Source: a virus (Duplodnaviria > Heunggongvirae > Uroviricota > Caudoviricetes). From it: a stretch of DNA of 64,000 nucleotides. Made by a program: the position numbers and the translations under genes. Of the stretch, positions 18,401 through 25,912 are shown in pieces. The notes under the pieces were generated by a model. That model was not told where the DNA came from. It made no database searches and saw only the letters and a list, made by a program, of their open reading frames with translations. The stretch lies in IMG/VR virus record IMGVR_UViG_3300035696_000002. One strand, written 5' to 3'. The stretch's first letter is position 1. The number at the start of each line of letters is the position of its first letter.

Positions 18401-21400
18401 CCTTTGCGGGGCACACAGGGAGGATACCGGACGCCTGCCCGGACTTACCGCCCCAGAATCCCTGCTTAGCCAGCCGCCCAGCCGGGAAACGCTCCTCAGC
18501 GTCAGCCAAGGAGTACTCGATAAAGTTGCCACGGCCCTCTTCGACGCCAACACGGGCGATATCTACCGGGAAGCGGCGGAGGATTTCGCCTGCACGGCGA
18601 TAAGCGTCTGCCTTGTCGGCAAACTGCATGAAACCGATGCTCTTGTTCGGGTCGATGACGACGCGGACGTATCCCTTGTCGATGGCCTGCTTGGTGAGAT
18701 CGTGTCCACGGAAGCCAAACTGCATTGCCATGGTTTCGTGGTCAGTATCGGAGCAATCCACCCAGTTTCCGGTTGGAGTCACCCAGCCATCGTCGCGAAT
18801 CTCCATGGGCATAGGGACGCCACGCATTTTCGGGCGGGCGAGGCGAACGCCGGGCTTCCCGCAATTCAGAGCGATTGCGGCAACCTTTGATCCCTGTGGA
18901 TCACGCACCATAAGCGTGCCCCGGACGGTTTTGAATCCACGACGGCTGTACCACGACGTAAGCTGCTCATCGTCGAGGCCCTGACCATCACCAAACGCAT
19001 CCGGCGTCAAACTCATCTTCACGCCATGCTTGTCAGCCAACGAGCACAGCCAATCCAATGCCCGTGAAGCGTTGCCTTTGCCCCGGAACAGGGAGGTGAT
19101 GTCGCTGATGTGAATCTTGCCGTCGAACGGACGGACTTCGATCACGACTTGTTCATTCCATACACGGTCGCGGTGCCCAAGTGGGTTAGGCCCAGTGCCG
19201 GAACGGAAATCATTCATGAATTCTTCGAGGGCCGGGTTCTTTGACTTCAGAGAAATCTCTGCGGAGGTTTTCCACGACCGGGATTCAAGCGGACGTTGAG
19301 CAACGACTTCTTTCTCCGGGTATAGCTGCTGGAACTCGTCAATAACCTCGTAAGGAACGCCGCCGTAATCGGAACTCTCCCGCAAGAAAATCTGAGTGGA
19401 GGCCTTACGGGCATCACCACGGGGAATGCGGTCAAATGAGTGCCCGGAGGTGGGCAGGCCCATGGCTTTGAACCATTCCAAGTGTCCCTTCTCCGATGGC
19501 ACGCCACGGAGCACTTCAACCTGACCATTTACGATGGCCCACAGGTCGAATGTCTGCCGTCCATGAAGGGCTGTCTTCACGCCATACTCTTTGAATGACG
19601 CCGGAGTCCAGAAGACCTTGTAGTGGTCTCCGTACAAGCCTGTGGCATCGCACTTTGTCTTGCCGGGCTCTTCCACACGTAAAGCCACGGCCTCAGCGAC
19701 CGGGTATCTGTCGAAGGTGAAAACTACCTGCTCCCCGTGGAGGCAAAGCGGGCGATCCTTGAACGCCCAGAACTCTTCCTTGCCGCCAGAGTCCTCAAAG
19801 AAGTGATCGCGGGCGAAGGAGGGGACTTCAATCGTGAAGGCCTTCTTGCCCGCCACAAATTCTCCGGTGTCTTTCTTGACCTGCCGGGCCTTGTCATCCC
19901 ACATCTCAATCAGGCCGGGGTCTTTGATGTTCGTCGCTTCGAGCGGCGTGCCAATATGCTTCTCCGTCCATTCACGAAGCAGCTTGTGGAGTGCCTGCTT
20001 GTTTTCGAGATCGGCCAGCCGGGCCGTGAAGACTTTTACAAGTTTGCCTTCCTTCAAGGCCTGCTTGACTTTCTCAACCATCGCCGGAATGGGCTTTCCG
20101 ATCACCAGAGGCGTGAACGGCACAACATCTTCAGCGAGCGTGCCGTCGAGATCGACACCGATCCATGGACGCCATCTTCCAGCTACCAGATCATCCTCTT
20201 CAGCAGAGAATTTCAGGGGGACATCATGCCCGTTGTACCGGAGCTTCGGTGCCACAATCGGCTCCCCGACCTGTTTGATCTGGCTCGACTTGAACACGAT
20301 GTAATCGTCGCCCGCTTTTAATGCGTGCGGTTCGATTACGTTTTTGATGATGACCCCGTCATACCCATTTTTGTGTGCGAATTCCGCAATGAGGTCTGAA
20401 CTGACGCCCCGCTTCTTCCACCAGTCACCACCGAGGAAGCCTTGCTGCATCTCTGGAGGTGCAGGAATGTTGTCGTAGAAGTTCCCTTCTGCGTCCACGA
20501 TGTACGGCTTGTTAATCGTCAGATATGCTTGGTGAACCTGCGGGCCATAAGCTCTGGCAACCTCTGGTGACGAGGTGAAGAACTCCCCGACCGTGTACTG
20601 ATCGTTCTTGATCTTGCGATTCAGCTTTTGCCCGACCGGGATTCCCCGATAAACGGGGCCATACTGCTGGGCGACCTTAGCGGCTGCGGCTTTCCCACTC
20701 ACAACACGGAAATACGTCGGCGGCAGAGGACGAGTCAAACAGACGTTCCCCGGCAGATCATTGATGTGGGCCAATTCTGTAAGGACATCGTCGGCGACGC
20801 CGTCCTCGGGGTCAACGATCAGGTTGTCGAGCGGGACATCGCGGACTTCTACGACCGTCTCGCATCCCTTTTCGCCTGCATACCAGAGAGCGTTCTGGAT
20901 TTCGTTCGTCAGGTAGAGATATTTTGTCTGCCCGGCATTACCACCCATGCCTGCCTTGTTGGGCTGCCAGCCGTGCTCGATCAGTTCCTTGGCGTTCTCT
21001 GGGCAAGTGCCGTGATAGAGCGGCGGAGCCAGTTCTGCGGCAGTTTTCGATGCACCCTCAGAGAACCACGGCATGTCAATCGTGTCGCCTGCTGTGACGG
21101 TACGGAGATTCTTCGGCGGCTTCTTCCATTCCTTTTCACCCTTGTACTTGTAGCCCGTGATCTGAATCTCTGCTCCCGGAACAACGTTAATTTCCTTCTC
21201 ATCAGCGGCCACAAGGTTCACGTATGCCGTCCGATTCCAGTCAACTTTGTTGGGCGAGTCGAGGATGCCCCGAAGCATGATGATGTGTGGGTGCCCAGCG
21301 GCAAGTTCTTCGTGCACGTAAGCATTGTTCTCGTCGTCAGACCAGAAAATGCCCGTGCCCTTCTCCTTGTACCGCCCCTTGTTAATCTCGTTGAGGCTGA

Positions 21401-24400
21401 CGGTGCCCAGTCCACGGTAAATCGTCAGCGGAAACTGGAGTGAATGGAGGCGATTCTCCGTAATCTCCCACGAAGCCCGGAGCCATTCCCAACCCACCTT
21501 GTCCAGCCACGCTTCACGTTGAGCCTCGGACAAAGTGTTCCAATCGTTGCCCTCGGCCTTCACTCGCTGGCGTGCCTCAGCCTCAATCTTATCCCAATCA
21601 CCCTGTGCCTCTTCGAGGCCAACATTGGCCCATGCCAGAGCGTCTTCCAGATCGGGCATACCCGATGCACTCTTGCTGGTCTTGAGTTCTTCGTACAATT
21701 CGTCGGTGTTTGTGTCATCGACTACTTGTTTGTTAGGCCTCTTTACGGGAACATACGCCTGAATGGTCTCGTCCCCACGCAGCTTCGCCGCCGCTGCACG
21801 GTGGTTTCCATCCAGTACAGTGCCACTGAATATAGAGCCGTTCGGATAGGAATTCATCACAATCGCCGGGAAGGGGGTGTCCATGTCCGCATATTGTTGA
21901 GCAACGGCGGGGCTGTAGTCATCGCCCGGTGTCAGAAGATCGACAGGTACATCTTTCAATTCCCACCGTGTGCTGGCACCCGTCTTAGGGTCTACGCCCA
22001 TCAGTTGATATGCCTCACGGAGGTCGGTCATGAATGGGCGTGAGTCACCGTAACGAGTGCTGTTGTCCAATATGTGCTGTGCGACGACTTCTCCGCTTAC
22101 TGCTTGCCCAGCGGTGACACTCGCCATGCGGAAATCGCCGGGTTGCTTTGCCTTATCCCCAGTCGCCAGTTCATAGAACTTGATGAGGTCTTCATCCGAG
22201 GTGATGTACTGCGACAGCGTGTTGTGAATACGGTGGTCTAACGCCTTGGCCTGCCCGATTGGCATGACCCGGAGAACTTTCGCCTTCTTGGGGTCTTCCA
22301 CCCAGAACTCGTTCCCGAATCCACGCTTTACCTGCCAGTATTTGTCACGGGGCACGTCGCTCATGTCGATCTGAGCCGCATACGCACGAGACTTGCCGTA
22401 ATAGTCCGCCCAGTTGTCGAGGTGGGACGTAATCATGAGTTTCCCGGCGTCCGCTGTGGCATCGCCCATGCTGGACATGTCACGCGGCCCCTTCTTCGGG
22501 TCAATCGTGAAGTTTGGGTCGGTCGTTACGTGCCAATACGTGCCATGCTTGATCTCGTGGAAGAAATCCTGATAGAACTGCTCAAACGAACCCGCTTTGC
22601 GTGCCTCGGCAGCGAGGCCGGACAGCGACGGCGGAATTTTCTTCAGTTCTTTGTAACCCCCGGTCTTCGAGGACAACTTTTCGGGCTCATCTTCGACATC
22701 GTAGCCTGATGGATCACGATCTGATGTGATCGAAGGTGGAGTCTTGCCGCCGTTGACGCCCTTCCACATGTAGTTGTCAGTTTCGTCGCCCTGTTCGGTA
22801 TCGTAGACGTAGCTGAAACCCATGGAATCCCAGAATCCTCTGGAACTACCCGCCCCGGTATCGCCTGCGTACAGCCGCACGAGTTTTATGTTCTTGGGGA
22901 GCCCGGCTTCCCATTGCATGTAGAACTTTCTGCCCAGACCCTTGCCGCGATCCTTCGCCGGGATCACAAACATGTCGATCCAGATCGTGCTTCCGTCCCC
23001 ATGGGTCTCAATGCTGGGCTTATCCTTTGCCCCGGTTTTGTCGAGCCACTGGAGAGCCTGTGACGGCGTCGGTTCTTCTTTACCCGCGATGTCTTCCAGT
23101 CTATCGAGGGCCATCTGAGCCATTTCCTGATCGAATGGGTTGGACGGCAGCGGCTTGTCGAATTCTGGCTGAGCGGAATCGCTGTGCTGCGGAATCATGT
23201 ACGACTGATCGGGGCCTGCGGTCTTCGTGGAGCCTGATTTTCCAGTCCCGGACAGTTGGCTGAGCGTATTGCTGCCGCCTTCGATGAACCAGCTTGCCAA
23301 ATCACTCCGCTGATGCACAATGTTGAGCACGCGGTCGATCAGTTGCAGCTTTTGCTCCGCCGTGGGGGCCTCGGAAAGCTGAATCGCGAGATTGGTGAGC
23401 TTGTTCATGGCGAAATCGCTGATCCGCCAGTTGCCCTTCTCGTCATCAAAGAAATGTTCGAGCTTTTCGAAGTAGCCGTCAGGGTATTGGTCACCTGTGA
23501 TGCCTTCGGCATACTGGATCGGGTCTTGTTGCTCATGTCCACAGAGAATCGTGTTGACTTCCAGCTTGTTGATGTTGTTTGCAATGATCCAAGCGATGTC
23601 GTCGATGCCCTTTTCGTCACGGACGAAGCCTGTCTTCGCGTAATCGTTCCAAATTTTCTTCAGACGGGCAGCGGGAACGAGCGTCCACTTCTGACGGTAA
23701 TTTTTCTGCTTCAAATGAGCAGTGTACTCTTCGATAATTTGCTGGGCGGCGGCATCCTGTCCTTCGATGTGTGAATACACGTCCGCTTCCTTCTCGAAGA
23801 GTCCCGGTGCGAGCGTTTCCAGAGCAGGCATGCCCTCGACACCCTTGACTCGTTCGTTGACAACCGAGTAGGCGTTGGTTTCTTCTCCCTGTGCGGGGTC
23901 TTGGTACTGGGTGTCGCTGAGCGGAGGCGTCTTATGCGAGGCCGTCTTGCCCGGCGTGAACTCTCCGGCGATTTCCTGCCATTTGTCGTGACCCTCAGCG
24001 AGTAATTTCTTCAAATCTTCAAGCAGATTTTCGCATTTCGAGAACTTCCACTGCCCCAAAGCGACGGCGGCGTCGCGTGCGATCCGCTGGGCGTTGTTGT
24101 AGACAGTCAACTGAGCGTGGGCGTCGGCGTATGCCTGACATTTTACCTTCAAACGGGCAACCGCGTCCTCAAAACTGAGGGAGATCGTGCCTTCTTCCTT
24201 GTGCACGTTGTAATTGTTTCGCTGATTGCCTTCCATTTCGCGGACGAAACCATACGGGTTCTGGAGAACACGCAAAACCTTCTCTACTTTGTCCTTGACG
24301 TTGCCCCACTGGCCCCGGAAACCGCTGAAATTTTCTGACATGCGGTGCGTCAGGTCTCCGGTGTGCTCAACAACGAAACTAAGGACGCCGGACGCAAGCT

Positions 24401-25445
24401 GATCGTGCTGAATTTTCAGCATCGCCTCTTCGGGAGCACCACGTTGGGCACTCGCAAGCTGCTCAAACGCCGCATCACGCTGGTAATCGTGCTCAGTCAT
24501 CTCGATTCCGCGACGATCATAGGCCCCGGTCTTGGGGGTCTTCCACTGAATGACGGCGGGATTGAGAATGAGAATACTCTGCCCGTTGGCCGACATGGGT
24601 TCGTCGATAAAAGCCCCGTCATAGCCGAGTTCTCGCATTCGCTTGGCGATCTCCGGGTAGTTCCAGAGGTAAGAGTAGTGGATTCCCTTCTTGCTCACGA
24701 GATCATCCACGGTCAAGCCCTTCTGATCGAGTAGCACAACCTTCAACACGTCCCACAGTGCGTTACGATCCTTCGGCGAGAGCATTTTCTTTGGGGTCAA
24801 TGTCGCCGTGAAAACGTTCGGGCCGTAGTCACGAGCGTCACCGGGGTCTTCTGCGAAATAGATTTCGTTGTGCGATGGTGGTGTGTCGGAATCCGTGCCA
24901 TGGTATGCCCGTATCCGCTCCAGCCCGGCAGAGGTCTTTTTAACTTCGACCGGATGGAACTCCCCCAAAGGGACTTGCACCTGCGACTTGTCTTTTCTGG
25001 AAAGTGTCACGGCATACACCGTGAAGGCCAGCCCGGCCAAAGCGTCGCTGCCTTCGTACTTGGCAGCGGCCTCGGTCGTCACGTAGGCGACTGTGACGTG
25101 CGGGGTGTATTCGAAATCGTCCGGGCGAACGCCGATGGCTTTGTCGATGGCGTTCTTCAGGTTCTCGATCTCGGGAGTCTTTTCAACGAGGGCGACAATC
25201 GGTGTGGTGGAGTGCCCTTCAAAGCCGTGGAGCTTCCCCAGCGTCACCTCGAACGGTTCAATGTCGCGGAGGGCCTGAGTGAGGGCAATCACATCCTCTT
25301 CGACGCCATACTTCAGGGTGATGTGGGGCTCAGTTTCCCGCCCGTCTCCGGCGAGTTCTGCTTCGGGGATTTCCTGCCCGACCTTCAGCACCGTCTCGGC
25401 GGCTTTGGGCGGCAGATTGATCTGTGTGAGTGCGTTCTTCGGCAT
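15420..25445 (-). CDS. giant polyvalent protein: 2H phosphoesterase, multiple ART-like domains, 2 GNAT, ParB-like, HAD, Nudix, Cys-His (transglutaminase-like) domain
   Basis: HITL/HVTV; YHGT, YRG, YHGS motifs with GYDG; RGKGLG and RGKGNA; LDGNHR; DLDGT; GGALQEGLGPAESAKKELAEETG; CHGN..HSW; FKAWFGNSKVVDANGNPQVVYHGS. Confidence 0.88.
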   Translation of the reverse strand: MPKNALTQINLPPKAAETVLKVGQEIPEAELAGDGRETEPHITLKYGVEEDVIALTQALRDIEPFEVTLGKLHGFEGHSTTPIVALVEKTPEIENLKNAIDKAIGVRPDDFEYTPHVTVAYVTTEAAAKYEGSDALAGLAFTVYAVTLSRKDKSQVQVPLGEFHPVEVKKTSAGLERIRAYHGTDSDTPPSHNEIYFAEDPGDARDYGPNVFTATLTPKKMLSPKDRNALWDVLKVVLLDQKGLTVDDLVSKKGIHYSYLWNYPEIAKRMRELGYDGAFIDEPMSANGQSILILNPAVIQWKTPKTGAYDRRGIEMTEHDYQRDAAFEQLASAQRGAPEEAMLKIQHDQLASGVLSFVVEHTGDLTHRMSENFSGFRGQWGNVKDKVEKVLRVLQNPYGFVREMEGNQRNNYNVHKEEGTISLSFEDAVARLKVKCQAYADAHAQLTVYNNAQRIARDAAVALGQWKFSKCENLLEDLKKLLAEGHDKWQEIAGEFTPGKTASHKTPPLSDTQYQDPAQGEETNAYSVVNERVKGVEGMPALETLAPGLFEKEADVYSHIEGQDAAAQQIIEEYTAHLKQKNYRQKWTLVPAARLKKIWNDYAKTGFVRDEKGIDDIAWIIANNINKLEVNTILCGHEQQDPIQYAEGITGDQYPDGYFEKLEHFFDDEKGNWRISDFAMNKLTNLAIQLSEAPTAEQKLQLIDRVLNIVHQRSDLASWFIEGGSNTLSQLSGTGKSGSTKTAGPDQSYMIPQHSDSAQPEFDKPLPSNPFDQEMAQMALDRLEDIAGKEEPTPSQALQWLDKTGAKDKPSIETHGDGSTIWIDMFVIPAKDRGKGLGRKFYMQWEAGLPKNIKLVRLYAGDTGAGSSRGFWDSMGFSYVYDTEQGDETDNYMWKGVNGGKTPPSITSDRDPSGYDVEDEPEKLSSKTGGYKELKKIPPSLSGLAAEARKAGSFEQFYQDFFHEIKHGTYWHVTTDPNFTIDPKKGPRDMSSMGDATADAGKLMITSHLDNWADYYGKSRAYAAQIDMSDVPRDKYWQVKRGFGNEFWVEDPKKAKVLRVMPIGQAKALDHRIHNTLSQYITSDEDLIKFYELATGDKAKQPGDFRMASVTAGQAVSGEVVAQHILDNSTRYGDSRPFMTDLREAYQLMGVDPKTGASTRWELKDVPVDLLTPGDDYSPAVAQQYADMDTPFPAIVMNSYPNGSIFSGTVLDGNHRAAAAKLRGDETIQAYVPVKRPNKQVVDDTNTDELYEELKTSKSASGMPDLEDALAWANVGLEEAQGDWDKIEAEARQRVKAEGNDWNTLSEAQREAWLDKVGWEWLRASWEITENRLHSLQFPLTIYRGLGTVSLNEINKGRYKEKGTGIFWSDDENNAYVHEELAAGHPHIIMLRGILDSPNKVDWNRTAYVNLVAADEKEINVVPGAEIQITGYKYKGEKEWKKPPKNLRTVTAGDTIDMPWFSEGASKTAAELAPPLYHGTCPENAKELIEHGWQPNKAGMGGNAGQTKYLYLTNEIQNALWYAGEKGCETVVEVRDVPLDNLIVDPEDGVADDVLTELAHINDLPGNVCLTRPLPPTYFRVVSGKAAAAKVAQQYGPVYRGIPVGQKLNRKIKNDQYTVGEFFTSSPEVARAYGPQVHQAYLTINKPYIVDAEGNFYDNIPAPPEMQQGFLGGDWWKKRGVSSDLIAEFAHKNGYDGVIIKNVIEPHALKAGDDYIVFKSSQIKQVGEPIVAPKLRYNGHDVPLKFSAEEDDLVAGRWRPWIGVDLDGTLAEDVVPFTPLVIGKPIPAMVEKVKQALKEGKLVKVFTARLADLENKQALHKLLREWTEKHIGTPLEATNIKDPGLIEMWDDKARQVKKDTGEFVAGKKAFTIEVPSFARDHFFEDSGGKEEFWAFKDRPLCLHGEQVVFTFDRYPVAEAVALRVEEPGKTKCDATGLYGDHYKVFWTPASFKEYGVKTALHGRQTFDLWAIVNGQVEVLRGVPSEKGHLEWFKAMGLPTSGHSFDRIPRGDARKASTQIFLRESSDYGGVPYEVIDEFQQLYPEKEVVAQRPLESRSWKTSAEISLKSKNPALEEFMNDFRSGTGPNPLGHRDRVWNEQVVIEVRPFDGKIHISDITSLFRGKGNASRALDWLCSLADKHGVKMSLTPDAFGDGQGLDDEQLTSWYSRRGFKTVRGTLMVRDPQGSKVAAIALNCGKPGVRLARPKMRGVPMPMEIRDDGWVTPTGNWVDCSDTDHETMAMQFGFRGHDLTKQAIDKGYVRVVIDPNKSIGFMQFADKADAYRRAGEILRRFPVDIARVGVEEGRGNFIEYSLADAEERFPAGRLAKQGFWGGKSGQASGILPVCPAKGTICLAMRSNYVDHPNVYSTIGGALQEGLGPAESAKKELAEETGYTGGINLIPAFTYSGFGGFNYHNFIGVVSQEFGLNPQPGGTHDLEHKDETASLNWVPYETVMEDIGTNSSKYHPGLLKLFQNSGNIIRKALGKDQEKTAARVPASNYLIWMSRGGKDYIEDQEIAWSHDSWAEELGIPNDSKLLRGYAVIDPDENTVEMQSYGVHAPNSIVTSIKAKYPKLKSYQFTDKIFNVNSKYASVDPNPKSAADLAVDKEWQQRLEEMNEPELRTRPDLVKLRDKILGYGGFEVLIGGQINPPDEVQRLLTRGRYWKGRSKLQKMRNNQCHGNSRCLMEKGIGEVANGFALSPDGLWRPHSWLVTPKGTLIETTVKRDAYFGAVLTRDEVDKEYDPHYGSVKTAKTVLYHGSRKKFQPGDTLTPQPGGYVTAPEPDVELTEDIVELHRPKGALPRKDSVYMVDDPALIDYAGGYEDYVYAVEPIGKVEKNDMDWYSELSTYIWDSIDDPEAARLAQGYWSGKAKGGEHTLFEYRARKAKVVKLISSTEEDVHTAASPARAPQRVTDTPQFKAWFGNSKVVDANGNPQVVYHGSPRDFDAFSLERPLYWKWSDFDGGKGAVGQGEGRTQAVIVEQEGKFKLFPDGGEFGTLQQAKDKVEADRPKTTELTLRPGFFFASNPMYTEQFTYSYDPGGKDREGGNVKAVYLKMENPLDFRDPASRRWVREWLRKHTAKLQGYDPKHIYKLFREGKWAFVEGMESVSTDEQLGINLVNDIKSAGYDGYITVEGGELQFVGQSDEDYAARAEKMYGRGGLDASLNYVVFEPTQIKSATGNTGAFDPKNPGITAAAAGTATQPITPTALSYPLHGRGWITPDGKNIPVNGTHAEIARALGFKSKGKFRGGGQSKGLGGYEGAELFAMRAGYVRYNAESAGLKVTTGGKVAIFEFFSQADAQRRLGAFVRLLAVDTARVDVEWHSPAHGYETYSLVEAEERYQ

Positions 25446-25480
25446 AAGACCAGCGATTTCCCCTACTTAGAAGCGAAAAG

Positions 25481-25885
25481 TTAGAACAGTGTGTGTCCCT
25501 TGTAGAGGGCGTGCTTCTTGAAGATACCACGGTCGGAAATGTACTGACGCCACTCCTCAAACGCCGGGCCGTGGTCGTCTTTCATGTTCGTGGCGAGATG
25601 GATCATCTCGTGAGCTAAAGTACTCAAAACCTTGATCCAATCCGCCTTTTCATCCAAAACAATCTCGAAATCGTGGCGGCAGCGGGGGCAATTCTTCTGG
25701 TGGGTAGCCCAAGTGGGTGTGGCTGGGCTGTCAGCCCAACCGAAATAGCTATCTTCGATCTCCCGCTTCTCTTCACCGGGTCGGGCGTATCGAACGCATA
25801 CCCGTTTTGACTCAGGGCAGTTGCCCGTAAAGAATCGGCGATTGATCTCCCGGTACCATTTGAGCAGTGTCCGATCAGACCTCAC
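25481..25885 (-). CDS. SprT-like zinc metalloprotease
   Basis: YREINRRFF..TLAHEMIH..HGPAF. Confidence 0.8.
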   Translation of the reverse strand: MRSDRTLLKWYREINRRFFTGNCPESKRVCVRYARPGEEKREIEDSYFGWADSPATPTWATHQKNCPRCRHDFEIVLDEKADWIKVLSTLAHEMIHLATNMKDDHGPAFEEWRQYISDRGIFKKHALYKGHTLF

Positions 25886-25912
25886 AGAAATTCCCCCGAT
25901 GTTATCCTATCA

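Noticed and set aside
17325-18890. 521-aa + strand ORF and other long ORFs opposite the giant gene, helicase and head genes
   Set aside because: Antisense shadows expected from GC-rich codon bias; no recognisable motifs.
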